DNA of 64,000 nt from Takakia lepidozioides (GCA_030704615.1 CM060731.1:89838001-89902000); one strand, 5' to 3'; shown: positions 25,510 through 38,749, counted from the stretch's first letter. Notes: generated by a model from the sequence alone, not told the origin. Translations and numbers: made by a program.

Positions 25510-27475
25510 TGTTAGAGGGCTGCTTGGGACTTAAACGCTTTTACGGGTTATGTGGGGTACCCTTAATTTTTTGCGCAGACTGAGACCAACATGAGCCTTA
25601 GGGGTGACAGCAGCGCACTTTAGGGGGGGGGGGGGGGGGGGGGGGGGGTTACACAACCCGACACAGCCCGTCACAGCCAATCACAGCCAACACAGCCTGA
25701 CACAGCTTCGCACAGCCGACACAGTCCGTCACAGCCAATCACAGCCGACACAGCCTGACACAGCTTCGCACGGCCGCCACAGCCCGACACAGCCAACACA
25801 GCTCGGCACAGCTTGACACAGCCTGTCACAGTACATGGGGAACAGTTATCAATGGCAGGGAACGACTGTGAGGGAACGACATCTGTAGAAGGAACGTGAT
25901 ACTTCGGGGATAACGGTTAATTAGTTAGGTGGTTAGAACAGCTTGGGGGGCAGATAAGGAGAGCGGCAACGGAAAGAAGGAGGGGACGGGGGAGCGGTGG
26001 ATGTTCATGAAGGAGAGGAGATCAGGCGGAGAGCAAGAACGAGAGCACGGAGTAGGAGGAGAGATGAACAGTAGTTGCTTTACTTCATGCAGAGCTGTAG
26101 TGATACTGTAGAGTGGATTAGAGTCACTTGACATTAGCCTAGTACCTGATAAATCGTAATCTGATACTTATTCGATTCAAGCACACTGTGTAGAGAGACA
26201 TGAGTGAAGCTGTGAAATGAATGCATGATTAACTGGAACTAAGAAGATACTGAAGCAATCTGATGCTTCAGTATCAGAAGGTAATTGATAATATGAAGGC
26301 AAGAAGGAATACAAAGGGGAAGCACAACCATGATTCACTAGCTGTAGATCATGACTGATTGTACTGAGCGGGCTGAGTGCTTAGAGATATCCAACTCTTC
26401 TATCTTGGAGTTTCCACCTCGGATAGCGAAGGGATGGGTGAGTAAAAGCCGTTCGACATTTGGCGACCATACTGGGGAACTAAGTCTTGAACAACCAGAT
26501 GTGACGGGCATCTGGTGGGATCATGGTGGTTGGAGAATTAAAGAATTTGATGTGAATCAAACTCCCTGTGAAACTGAGAAGGAAAGATTGTCCAAACGAT
26601 TCTTTCAGAGGTTCTTGGAATTGCTAGACGGTTGTAAAGAAAACATTCTTAAAAGAGTGCATGATGCTGACCCTGAGTGGGGTCTGGAGAAGGGAGTGAT
26701 AAAGATTTATCAGGTGGCCTGTAGAGGAAGAGCACGTTGGTTACCAACACTGGTTTATGTGATAGCGTTGCTATCCATTAAGCGTGTAGAGTTTGAAGGC
26801 TGGGAGGAAAAGAAGGTGAATGTTTATACTCATATGCATGAAGAGCTTGTACTGGTAAAGAATTGGATTCCAAAGGATATTTTGTGGATCAAACTCACAC
26901 CAAGAACAGCTTTCCAGACTTGTTTGCCATATGGTTATATGGTAACGGAGACTTCTAATATAGCCAAGGCATTGAAGCTTGAAAGAAACCCAGGCATATA
27001 CGAGAGATACTACAGAAGAGAGTTTTGGTTACTGCCACATTAAAGACATGAAAGACATGGGACATGAGTGATGAAAGAGAAGCTAGACTCCAAAGATATT
27101 CAGCAAAAAGAGAAAGTTATCTGAAAGCTAATTATCCATATCTTTGGGAGAGGGGAATAGACATAGGGGAATCATCTGGACCTCTCACACCATTAAGATC
27201 AGAGAGTACATCACCCATACCGGAAGAACTAGAGTTGGATGCCACTCCTTCTTTTTCTTTTGCAAGAAAGATTAAGGGAATTGGTACGGGAAGAAGATCA
27301 ATCACGAGGTGAAAGATCTGAGGTACATCCCTGGATAAAAGATTTGACAGAAATCTTTGATAAGAGTTGGCATGGAACACCAAAAGCAGGAACTCCAGTT
27401 TCTGAAACAGAAGGTGAAGAAGGAGGAGAGGATGTGGCAGAACCAGCGGAGAGTTCAGACTCTCCAACACCATTA
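25510..27475 (+). mobile_element. Non-chromovirus Ty3/Gypsy (Phygy/Tat-like), 5' part only: LTR 25510-26458, PBS, extra ORF, start of gag
   Basis: LTR TGTTAGAGG...TCGACA; PBS TGGCGACCATACTGGGGA at 26461-26478. Colinear with the minus-strand copy until it is cut at CCATTA|GAGGTTT by a DNA-transposon terminus. Confidence 0.9.
26351..27043 (+). CDS. Extra ORF upstream of gag (230 aa, unknown function)
   Basis: Intact here; homolog at 36880-36185 (frameshifted). In the stretch compared, differences are mostly synonymous (CAG/CAA, AAC/AAT, AGA/CGA, GAC/GAT, CCT/CCA, GAG/GAA). True start uncertain. Confidence 0.7.
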   Translation: MTDCTERAECLEISNSSILEFPPRIAKGWVSKSRSTFGDHTGELSLEQPDVTGIWWDHGGWRIKEFDVNQTPCETEKERLSKRFFQRFLELLDGCKENILKRVHDADPEWGLEKGVIKIYQVACRGRARWLPTLVYVIALLSIKRVEFEGWEEKKVNVYTHMHEELVLVKNWIPKDILWIKLTPRTAFQTCLPYGYMVTETSNIAKALKLERNPGIYERYYRREFWLLPH

Positions 27476-28159
27476 GAGGTTTACTATTTCCTGAGCGCAT
27501 GAGCCCATGAGCCTATGAGCCTATGAGCGGGCATCCGCGGAATTGGATTTTTCCTGCCTTTATTGACGGTGTTATGTCCTCTTACCTCGGTAATAGGGTC
27601 TGTTTCTCCTGGTCCAGGATGCGGAATGAGGTATTTCGGCGCCGTTATTCCCAAGAGCAGTGTGCTAAAATGGTGTTTTGAAGACATCCACCGGGGTATT
27701 TCGGCACCAAAATTACCTCTTAAAATGTGATATAGTGCAGTATTTAAAGGCGCAGAACGGGCTATTTCGGCGCCGAAATACCCAAGTGGAATGTACTGAA
27801 GTGCCTTGTGCTGAAGGCTTCCATCACGATATTTTGGTGCAGTAATTCATCCGTGGAATTTTTGAGGCCCATATAACGAAGGCGCGCACTGGGCTATTTC
27901 GGCGCCAAATTTCCCAATAGGAATGTTAGAAACGGCAGGGTTTTCATGGCTTCAAGTTCCCGGCTCGATGGTGTGCATAAATTACTTGTAGGGTTCTTCA
28001 CTGAAGTTTGCGTCTCTTCTGCTTTTATTATACATTTTGGTTGGCGGAAGAAATGTAGGGAATCGGACAAGCAGTCTGAACACAATGATTTTTCAAATCG
28101 TCAATATTTTCATTGAGTGTTTCAGAACTGTACAACAAAAGGATCCAAATGAGACTTTG

Positions 28160-28655
28160 CTATGGTGAGGATCTGCTATCACTGTCCGATGCATCCCCGG
28201 CCTCATGCAAGGATGGCTGCCTTCCACTTGCCTCCGAACCTGCACTGCCGCTACCGCTGTTACTCTGAGAAGCCCTCCCCTCAAAAATACCATCCTCACC
28301 AGCCGGAACTGTCCACCTGGGTGCGGAAGTGTCCTCAACATTCCCCTCGCTCTCGGACGCGGATTCTATTACGAACTTCCCTACTCTGCCTTTCACAATT
28401 CTATGTTTGGCCTCACGCCTCATTATAATTCTCTGCTCATTCCCGTATGTCAATTGCTCTAACCGAGTAGGCATATCCTCCCTCCTGATGGCTTCTCTGG
28501 CAGCCGTGTCTGCATAGGCTGGTAGAAAAAAGGGCTTCTGGGGACTCGCGAGAAACGATTTTCTGGCAAAGAATGGCCGATACGATTTTGTCTCCTCCTC
28601 TGCAACAGGGTCCGATTCGGGCAAGTCTCCCAGCTTCTCCTCGTCGGACGGACTC
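28160..28655 (-). pseudogene. ORF-X homolog (RWTVPxGEDGIFE motif)
   Basis: FFARKSFLASPQKPFFLPAYA...KFVIESASES...RWTVPAGEDGIFE aligns with 50898-51356. Confidence 0.7.
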
Positions 28656-28774
28656 TGCAAGGCTGAGTGTACGCACAAACATAGAATGAAGTACATTAGA
28701 GAATTCAAACAGGGAATCATCGGCAGGTTGCATGGTCCCTACAACCGAAACCAATACACTTACTATGGTGCAAC

Positions 28775-31182
28775 TCACTCGAAGACAGGCATTGGGGGAA
28801 GCGGCTTCGGGCACCCCTGCATCGAACGAATTTCCTAGACTTCCTCCTCTTCATCTTCCTCCTCTCCTTCCACGTCCTCTTCTGCGTTTTTGGGATCCTC
28901 AGTCGGAGGCAGACGCTGAAGGCCTGCCAAATTGTAATCGTACAAGGCCGTATCCCCCTCAAATGAGAACACAAATCGGTTTGACATCCTTCCCGCCCAC
29001 ATACAGGCACCTGCGAATTCATACGACACAACCACAGCCAAACTCAAGAATGAGTCGCTTCCTCGCACAAGCAAACATACACAAACGGAAATGGTGTCAA
29101 TTTCGGTGCCGCATTCAATTAACGTTCTCACCTGTATTGCAGTGACGTCAAGGACCCTGCCTTCAACATCCGTACACGTTTCCATGAGCGTCTGGATGAA
29201 TGCAGGACTCCTGGTCCTGCCATACCTCCATGGCTTGCCCGACAAATCACAAAGAATGTCCTTCTCTCCCACATGGTTGAACAGGACGTTATACTCCAGT
29301 GGATCAACAGTGGAATCAACAAGTCTTCCTGCTTCACGTAATTTGAATTTCGAATGTTCCTTCACGAAGCAAAATGCCTGAAAGATAAGAGTCTGCAGAG
29401 AAGGAAATGAAAACGTCAGAAGTGGCCTACACGTACAGGGGCAATTTCGGCATAGAAATTGACATAGCAGAGGAGAACCACAGCATACCTTCTGGCCATC
29501 GTTGAGAAGACCCTGCGTGTTGATGCAAGTCCAGATCTTTTTCAGGATGGGTGCTGCACTTCTCCCCGTCCATACTTTGATATCATTCTCAGTGACTTCC
29601 ATCGGCTGCTAGCACAACAACACAGCCAACGTCGTCCAACATGTTGGCTGCGAACCCGAATGTGTGGCTCCAGTATCTTTCGTCGTACTTGTTCCACCAG
29701 GGTACTGAGCCCAGCCCTAGTATCTCCTGCCCATCCGGGATATCCACAAGGATTATGTCGATGGAGGCTTTCACCGCCTGCCCCCGACTGTGCTCTTTTT
29801 GCCGTGGCTCATCGCCACAAAATACTCCATCATCTTTGTGTAGCCAGGAGTGTCCTCCATATCATTGCCAGTGGCCTTCCTCTTCCCCTTCCCCTGGTGG
29901 GCCTCGATCGCCTTCCTCAATCTCGTTATCTCCAGCCTTCTGGTCAGAGCAGTTAGGAAATTTTCATTAACACACTCCACAATTGTGGGTGTTTTGAGGA
30001 CTTCCCTGCCCGCAATGTGCACCGCACGGTAGGGTCTGCCAGGTGCATCCTCGTATAGTGATCTCTTCGCAGCCGACCCCCCGGAGCGCTGGCCCTTGTG
30101 AATTTTCGGACGAGGTGTGGCCCCTGGGTGTTTCCTGCTGGAAATCGTCGTCGGAATCCTCCTCATCTGGCTGACTGTGTTGCTGCTTCTTCTTCTTGGG
30201 TGTGGGGGTCTTCGTCTCTTGCCCCTGTTTTCGCGTTCTTTTCTTCCTGTCCTTGGGCTGCTCAGCTGCCTGCTTCTCCATCTGCTCCTTCGCCAACGCT
30301 GCCGCCTTGGCTGACTTTCTCAGTGCTTTCTGCTTGGCTGCCTCCTCTGCTTTCAGTCTTTCCGCGTCCTTTGGTTGGGGATCCGATTGCGCCTTCATAG
30401 CCCTGGCATTCGCTTCCTTCTTCAAGTTAACCTCCGAGAGGTCAACGGTCCCACTTGGGAGATCCACATACCAGGGACAGTCTACCAAATGCTCGGCATG
30501 CCACTCCTTCGCCATTACTTCTGTGTACATCGTTCCACGACCTCCAGGTGTCCTCCACGCCAAGAAGAATGGTGGAACCCTTTGAATGGCTCCGGACGGA
30601 ATGAGTGCAAAGTTATGTACCTGCAATCACGAGGCAGTTCAACAAAAATCATTCTACCGATGCATCATGCAAGTGGAAGTTGTCAATGCACAAGGTATTT
30701 CGGCACCGAAATACGTAGTGGACCGTGCCCCAATTACCCAAAACTCACATCTTGCAGAGGTATATTTCGGCGCCGCAAATCCATCGCTGCTTAGCCAAAT
30801 CATCTAAACTGCAAATAGGGGGATGCATGGCAGCAGATTACCTGAACAGGACACGCATTGCCGCTTTGTCAGCACCCTCCTGCTCTTCGATGTATACGCT
30901 GCGTCTTGCCTTTGCAATTTCTCTGAAAAAGAGGTTTGCGAAGCGCCCTCGCCAGGACTGCACGTAGTTCTCCATTGTCTCAGGCTTCGTCCAGTCGATC
31001 TGTAACTTGAAAGTGGTGGTGTTGCAGTCCAATTGCTCCTGGGCGTGGGTCAGTACCTGTAGCATGGCAGGTTTCCAAAACATTCATGATTTTGAAATTG
31101 CGACGATGTCCAACACAGAATAGGAGAAAATTATACCTGATGCCACCAAGTCATCACATTGAGCCAGTCGTTCATTTTGTCG
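28775..31182 (-). pseudogene. Multi-exon beta-class amino-MTase-like gene (copy B), several 1-nt frameshifts and stops
   Basis: SIDIILVDIPDG (DIPD at 29744-29733), NMLDDVGCVVVL, RSPAFIQTLMETCTDVEGRVLDVT, GACMWAGRMSNRFVFSFEGD. GT-AG introns at ~30841-30621, ~29488-29393 and 29131-29011 are shared with copy A. Confidence 0.8.
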
Positions 31183-31682
31183 NNNNNNNNNNNNNNNNNN
31201 NNNNNNNNNNNNNNNNNNNNNNNNNNNNNNNNNNNNNNNNNNNNNNNNNNNNNNNNNNNNNNNNNNNNNNNNNNNNNNNNNNNNNNNNNNNNNNNNNNNN
31301 NNNNNNNNNNNNNNNNNNNNNNNNNNNNNNNNNNNNNNNNNNNNNNNNNNNNNNNNNNNNNNNNNNNNNNNNNNNNNNNNNNNNNNNNNNNNNNNNNNNN
31401 NNNNNNNNNNNNNNNNNNNNNNNNNNNNNNNNNNNNNNNNNNNNNNNNNNNNNNNNNNNNNNNNNNNNNNNNNNNNNNNNNNNNNNNNNNNNNNNNNNNN
31501 NNNNNNNNNNNNNNNNNNNNNNNNNNNNNNNNNNNNNNNNNNNNNNNNNNNNNNNNNNNNNNNNNNNNNNNNNNNNNNNNNNNNNNNNNNNNNNNNNNNN
31601 NNNNNNNNNNNNNNNNNNNNNNNNNNNNNNNNNNNNNNNNNNNNNNNNNNNNNNNNNNNNNNNNNNNNNNNNNNNNNNNNNN
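31183..31682. other. Assembly gap (500 N)
   Basis: Run of N. Confidence 1.
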
Positions 31683-33437
31683 GTTCACACAGAGAGTACA
31701 CTTCTCTGGATTCAGGCCCAGACCTCTCATCCTGCATCTGGCCAAACATAACTCCAATTTATGCAAGTGTTCACTCTTAGAGCTGTACACACTGAAATCA
31801 TCCAAGAATACCTGCATGAAAAGATCCAGATACTCATGAAAAGATTCACTTATCACTCTCTGAAAGGTCGCTGGTGCATTACAAAGTCCAAAGGGCATGA
31901 CTTTGTATGCATAAGCCCCCCAGTCTGTGATGAAAGCTGTTTTCCCTTGGTCTTCTTCTGCCACTTGCATTTGATTATAACCACTGAAGCCATCCATGAA
32001 TGAGTACATCTCATGGCCTGCCACAGTGTCTAATACTGCTTCTGTGAATGGCAAAGGGAAAGGATCTTTCTTTGTACAAGCATTCAGCTTCTTATAGTTC
32101 ACACATACTCTTAGTTTGCCATTCTTCTTGGAACTATAACAATGGGTGACAACCAAGTTGTATACTCTATTGGGTATATAAACTTAGCCTCAGCCAACTT
32201 CTTTATCTCTTCTCCAACCTTCTGTGCGTAGTTGGGATTCATTCTATACCTCGTCTGCTTGATTGGTACTGACCCTGGTTCCAGTTCAATCTTATGCTGA
32301 CAGACTTCAGGTGGTATCCCTTTTAGATCCTCATAGCTCCAAGCAAATACATCTCTGTATTTGATGAACAAGCTTTTAGCTTCTTCGAAGAATTCCGGCT
32401 CCAAATCAGCTCCTACTTTCACCATCCTCGGTTCCTCCTGAGTTCCCACATTTACTTCTCTCACCTGCTCATCAACTGTGATTGTCCAACCAGTCACCAC
32501 TTCATCCTGTAAGCTCACAGTGGCTGGTTCTTCTAGGATTTCTATTTCTCCTTCTCTCTCTTCATAGAAATGTGATGGGTAAATGCTAGTTTCCTCTTCA
32601 GTTGGTGTTGCTGTCACTACACCACAGCAGATACCTCTCAAACAACTTAGGCTTTCCAGCCGCATCTCTGCAACCTGCTCCCACTCTGGGTGTGCAGCAA
32701 ATAGGGTAGCTTCCTGCTCCTCATCCAGTCCTCCTCTCCAGTCATACTCTCTGACTCCTCGAGGTCTTCTTGTAGCAGGTAATCTACTAGATTTCTTTGT
32801 GGTAATTTGTATCTCGTGTATCCCATTATGCACGGTTAGTAACTGAGAATTCCAGTCATGGAATTCCCTGGCCTGTTTTAGCCACGGACGTCCCAATAAT
32901 AAGGAGTAAGCCTCCATGACTTCATCTATTTTTAATACAGTTACTGTGATCATAAAGATCATTTTCTGTATCTGTATCTTAACTCCTCTTATTAATCCCA
33001 ATGGCTGCACACTTCTTTGATCTGCCATTGTTACTGTAAATGGGGCTGGTTTCATGTTACTTAGACCAAGCTTCTTTCTTAATTGGTCTGTCATGATATT
33101 TACTCCAGAACCACCATCTATCAGTACATCAGTTAGTTCTGTGCTTCCAATTCTCAATTGGATTACTGGCATAGAATCATCAAAGTCTCGCCCTTCTGGC
33201 TTCACATTATAACTGGTCACCTTGCTGTTCAGGTCTGTGTTTCCTGTCTCTTGGGCAATTCGATTGATTGCTTGATAAAACTTGTGCCTACAATAAGGTG
33301 CCATAGCTAATAGCTGTCCAATGGTAATTTCTGCTTTGGTCTGACATATTACTGCAGCCAAAGTCTCTTCATTACTTTGTATGTCTGCATCTTCTTTTTT
33401 CCTTTCTTCCTCACTCCCTTCTTTTTCTCCATCCGAA

Positions 33438-33930
33438 TCCCCAGTATGGTCGCCAAATGTCTCGCGGCTTTTACTCACCCATCCCTTCGCTATCCGAGGC
33501 GGAAACTCCAAGATAGAAGAGTTGGAAATCTCTAAGTACTCAGCCCGCGCAGAACAATCAGTCATGACCTACAGCCAGTGTATCATGGGGGTGTTTCCTA
33601 TTTGTTTCCCTTTCCGCATTCATCTTAGCTACCTTACCATTGATAATTAAGTATCAGTTTGCTTCATCAATCTATCGGTTTCCTTCACTCATCCATTCAA
33701 TCCACAGCTTCACTCAGATCTCTCTACACAGTGTGATTGTATCGTATAAGTATCAGATTATGATTTATCAGGTATCAGGCCGAAGCCATTATGTCTCTAA
33801 TCTGCTCTACAATATCACTACAGCTTTGCATATAACAAGCATCTACTAATCCTCTTTCCTCCTTCACCGTGCTCTCCATCTTTTGCTTCCGATCTCCGCT
33901 CCAGCCTGACTAAGAAGTCCTCCTCCGAAT
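33438..33930 (-). repeat. 493-bp near-identical copy of the element's own LTR 3' half plus PBS (36753-37245) inserted between gag and PR
   Basis: Direct sequence identity. Flanked on the minus strand by duplicated GATTCGGA; removing the insert restores DSSDS|DGEKEG. Confidence 0.92.
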
Positions 33931-36900
33931 CAGAGGAATCTGCCACAGGAATATCAGTACTCTTTTGCATTTCCCTTATAGTATCTGCCACTTCCTTGTG
34001 CAGTTCCTTCTCATCTTTCCAAGTCTCTTCATCTTCAGGCATATCATTGCCACTTCCAGTCTCATCTTCTTCCTCTTCTACTGGAGGTATTAGTTTGGCT
34101 TTACTTCTTGTTACTATCATTGTACTTACTTCCGGTACAACACATGGCCTAACCATGTGAGCTGCCACCACTGGGCCCTCATTCACAGGAGCTCTCATCT
34201 CATTCTAGTGTCTTATCCAGAATGAACAGGCTGCCTTGCGATGTCCTGGCTGATTACAATAGTAACATAGCTCTTCACCATTGGGTCCTCGCCCTTGGTC
34301 TGTTCTTGGATTATTTCTATAATCCTGATTCCCGGGCTGGTAATTCCCCCTTGGATTACCCTGATAGTTGCCTCTGGAATTTCCTTGGTAATTCCCTCTT
34401 GAATTACCTCTCCCTTCCATGCCATTGTTATAACCACCAGACCTACCATAGTGGTCCTGATCATTGTTTCTTCTTGGCTGGGGCTGCACCTGATGCACCC
34501 TTACTTGCCTAGGTTCTCTTGCAGCTGTCCTTCTGTTGTAGTAACAATTCTCAGTAGAATGGTTATCCATTTTACAGATAGTACAGTGTTTCTCCTTCAT
34601 GTGACATTATGTGGTGGTATGGCCTTCATTCTGGCACTTTGCACACCATACACCCTTCCTCCAATGTGTTGCAGCCTCTGTGGCATACTTCTTCAAGATT
34701 TCTTCCAATTTTTTTTCATAGTTATCCCTCTTCAACTTCTCCTTTCTCTTACTCTTTCTTTTTAGTTCTTGCTCTTCTTCTTCATCTGACTCATCCTCAG
34801 AGTCCTCATCTTCTTTTTTCTCTCTCCTGAGCATTCCCAATTGCTCAATTCTGTTCGCAGTTTCAAATGCCTCCTCCACTGTATTGTGGGGTAACATATC
34901 CACTTTCTTTTGCAACTCTGGTCTTAGTCCACTCACAAACCAAGTCTTCTATAAACCGGGTGCTGGTACTGCAGCCAGCTTTTTCATCATCAATTCCATC
35001 TTCTCCATATACTCTTCAACAGTTTCATGCTTCTTCTGCTTCAGCTGTTGTAAACTTCCATACACTTCATCCTCAGTTTTACTTGTCCTGAACCTATTTC
35101 GAAATGCTGTATTCAAGCCATTCCAGGTTAGGAAATGATTATCAGGAAATCTTGCATACCATTCACTTGCTTTCTTGATAAGTGAACAAGGAAACAGTCT
35201 CATCTTGGCATCATCGCCATTCTCATTGTTCACTATACACATGTGCTCAAATTGGCTAATGTGTACATCGGGATCCCCTTTTCCTGAATATATTGGAAAG
35301 GGTGGTTTTGCCCGTGTTGGTTGTAACGCCATCTGTGGCCCTACCTTCTGCCCACTGACAGGTGCTGGCACCCTTGCTGGTGCTGGTCCTTCTGGACCTG
35401 TTGTTTTTGTGGTGGATCTTCCACCAAGTGGTGGCCCTTGAGCACTCCTTGCTTCTGGCCCCACGATATTCACAGTATTCCCAGCTTCAGTTGCACTACT
35501 TCCCACACTCCCTGTCCCCCCAGAGCCAGATCCAGGCAGCCCGCCTGATCCCCCTGAGCCGACACCTTCGTTGGCCTGTGATCCAAGTGCTCCACTTGAT
35601 CCAGGTCCAACGGGTTGGGATGTCCTGGTTGTAGTCTCAACCTCAGCTGTTGGGTCTACTTCTTCATATTCTTCCTCTTCCAATTTCTTCTCTCTGTTTT
35701 CATCCTCCAAGTTCTGCCCTTGGGTTTCTTCTTCACTCATGTAACTCAACTGTAATGGTGTTGGAGAGTCTGAACTCTCCGTTGGCTCTGCCACATCCTC
35801 TTCTCCTTCTTCATCTTCTGCTTCAGAAACTGGAGTTCCTGCTTTTGGTGTTCCATGCCAACTCTTATCAAAGATTTCTGTCAAGTCTTTTATCCAAGGA
35901 TGTACCTCAGATCTTTCACCTCGTGATTGATCTTCTTCCTGTACCAATTCCCTTAATCTTTCTTGCAAAGAAACAGAAGGAGTGGCATCCAACTCTAGTT
36001 CTTCCGGTATAGGTGATGCACTCTTTGATCTTGATGGTGTGAGAGGTCCAGATGATTCCCCTATGTCTATTCCTCTCTCCCAAAGATATGGATAATTAGC
36101 TTTCAGATAGCTTTCTCTTTTTGCTGAATATCTCTGTCGTCTAGCTTCTCTTTCATCACTCATGTCCCATGTCTTTCATTTCTTTTAATGTGGCAATAAC
36201 CAAAACTCTCTTCTGTAATATCTCTCGTATATGCCTGGGTTTCTTTCAAGCTTCAATGCACCCTTGGCTATACTTGAAGTCTCCGTTACCATATAACCAT
36301 ATGGCAAACAAGTCTGAAAAGCTGTTCTTGGTGTGAGTTTGATCCACAAAATATCCTTTGGAATCCAATTCTTTACCAGTACAAGCTCTTCATGCATATG
36401 AGTATAAACATTCACCTTTCTTTCTTCCCAGCCTTCAAACTCTACTCATTTAATGGATAGCAATGCTATCACATAAACCAATGTTGGTAACCAACGTGCT
36501 CTTCCTCTACAGGCTACCTGATAAATCTTTATCACTCCTTTCTCCAGACCCCATTCTGGATCAGCATCATGCACTCGTTTAAGAATATTTTCTTTACAAC
36601 CGTCTGGCAATTCCAAGAACCTTTGAAAGAATCGTTTGGACAATCTTTCTTCCTTCGTTCCACAGGGAATTTGATTCACTTCAAATTCTTTAATGGTCCA
36701 ACCACCATGATCCCACCAGATGCCTGTCACATCTGGTTGTTCATGTCCCAGGTCCCCAGTATGGTCGCCAAATGTCACGCGGCTTTTACTCACCCATCCC
36801 TTCGCTATCCGAGGCGGAAACTCCAAGATAGAAGAGTTGGAAATCTCTAAGTACTCAGCCCGCGCAGAACAATCAGTCATGACCTACAGCCAGTGTATCA

Positions 36901-37396
36901 TGGGGGTGTTTCCTATTTGTTTCCCTTTCCGCATTCATCTTAGCTACCTTACCATTGATAATTAAGTATCAGTTTGCTTCATCAATCTATCGGTTTCCTT
37001 CACTCATCCATTCAATCCACAGCTTCACTCAGATCTCTCTACACAGTGTGATTGTATCGTATAAGTATCAGATTATGATTTATCAGGTATCAGGCCGAAG
37101 CCATTATGTCTCTAATCTGCTCTACAATATCACTACAGCTTTGCATATAACAAGCATCTACTAATCCTCTTTCCTCCTTCACCGTGCTCTCCATCTTTTG
37201 CTTCCGATCTCCGCTCCAGCCTGACTAAGAAGTCCTCCTCCGAATAATGATCCTCATCTCCCCGTTTCTCCCTTTATCTTCCTCTCCGCGGTTCTAACCG
37301 TTTCCCTCGCTAACCGTTGTCTGTGAACTAACATGTTCCCTTCGCAGGTGTTGTTCCCCACAGTCGTTCCCTGTCCTACTCTTCGTTCCCTATGAT

Positions 37397-37730
37397 GTGA
37401 CCGCTGTGTCAAGCTGTGACTGGCTGTGTGAAACTGTGACGGGCTGTGACTGGCTGTGCGAAACTGTGACGGGCTGTGACTGGCTGTGCGACTGTGTTTG
37501 GCTGTGTCGGGCTGTGACTGGCTGTGTGGCTGTATTGGCTGTGTCTGCTGTGACGACTGTGATGGGCTGTGTTGGCTGTGTGGGCTGTGACGACTGTGAC
37601 GGGCTGTGTTGGCTGTGTGGGCTGTGACGACTGTGACGGGCTGTGTTGGCTGTGTGGGCTGTGACGACTGTGATGGGCTGTGTTGGCTGTGTCTGCTGTG
37701 GCGACTGTGACGGGCTGTGACGACTGTGTA
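37397..37730. repeat. (GCTGTG)-rich minisatellite inside the LTR (also 25650-25830 as CACAGC)
   Basis: Repeated GGCTGTG/GACTGTG units within both LTR copies. Confidence 0.9.
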
Positions 37731-37859
37731 ACCCCCCTCTACAGTGCGCTGCTGTCACCCCTAAGGCTCCTGTTGGTCTCAGTCTGTGCAAAAATTAAGG
37801 GTACCCTACAGATCCCGTATAAGTGTCTAAGTCCCCTACAGTCCTCTAACATCCACGAG

Positions 37860-38320
37860 TTAGCACAGGCCGTCCACAAGTCAACACGGGCCACCACAGA
37901 CCAGCACAGGCCCACACATCTCACTGGTCACAGCCGTCACAGCCCCACACAGGCCACAGCCTATCACCCTACACAGGTCACAGGGTCACAGCCCCACAGG
38001 CCGCGGCCTGTCACAGCCCCACAGGCCACCGAGCATAGCCTGTCACAACCCCTCATAGCCCGTCACAGCCCCACAGGCCACAAGGCACAGCCTATCACAG
38101 CCGGCCACAAAAGCCCCTCACAGCCTGTCACAGCCCCTCACAGCCCATCACAGCCCCACAGGCCACATGGCACAGCCTGTCACAGCCCCTCACAGCCCGT
38201 CACAACCCCACGGGCCACAGGGAACAGCCTGTCACAGCCCCTCACAGCCCCACAGGCCACAAGTCATAGCCTGTCACAGCCCATCACAGCCCGTCACAAC
38301 CCCATCCATGGCCACTCATG
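37860..38320. repeat. CACAGCC-rich degenerate minisatellite outside the LTR, opposite orientation
   Basis: Repeated TCACAGCCC/CACAGGCCAC units. Confidence 0.85.
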
Positions 38321-38749
38321 GCAGTTTAGCCATTTCTCCAAGGGGTTTAGCCACGCCAAGCTAGGGTTTGTGTCTCTTGGACTCTAAGCTTTTTTGCACC
38401 GAGCTATGGCGGCTGTGAAGAAATCAGCAAGGTATTCTTGCTCTTTTGGCTCCCACACACCACCAATAGTAGCCCTAAGCCATGAGGAAGATGGTTGCCA
38501 CAAACCAAGCCTTCTTTCTCACTTAGACTCCCCAAACACGCCACTAAACTCAATGGCAAACAACCAAGCCTTGCTGGTTTCCAGCCCTTGTGAGCACTCG
38601 TTCAAGCGTTTTCCTTGGCCATAGCATCTATTTTAGAGCCTATTCCAGCCCCCTACATCTGCCACTTCAAGAGCCATGCTCTATCTAGGCTTGAGGTTGA
38701 AACCCCAACTAAGAACACGCTCTACAAGTGTCGGACTGTCACAGAAGAG

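Larger units (their letters stand above)
27476..31182 (-). mobile_element. MULE-like element B: terminus, subterminal repeats, ORF-X and MTase-like gene; runs into the assembly gap
   Basis: Terminus GAGGTTTACTATTTCCTGAGC...(ATGAGC)n begins exactly where the Gypsy gag homology stops and resembles the terminus at 46574. Repeated TATTTCGGCRCCGAAATA motif. Confidence 0.8.
31683..37851 (-). mobile_element. Non-chromovirus Ty3/Gypsy (Phygy/Tat-like): 5' LTR 37851-36773, PBS 36770-36753, extra ORF, gag, PR, RT; 3' part lost in gap
   Basis: LTR TGTTAGAGG...GTGACA. Gag with YSGKGDPDVHI and three CCHC knuckles; protease LIDGGSGVNIM; RT KKDPFPLPF/MPFGLCNAPATFQR/FLDDF. Stops at ~34950, ~34608 and ~34206. 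Confidence 0.95.

Noticed and set aside
31084-31839. Long ORFs spanning 31.1-31.8 kb
   Set aside because: Artefacts of translating through 500 N; the two sides belong to different elements.
37390-38387. His/Ser/Pro/Thr-rich ORFs of 133-235 aa
   Set aside because: Translations of CACAGC minisatellites that lack stop codons.
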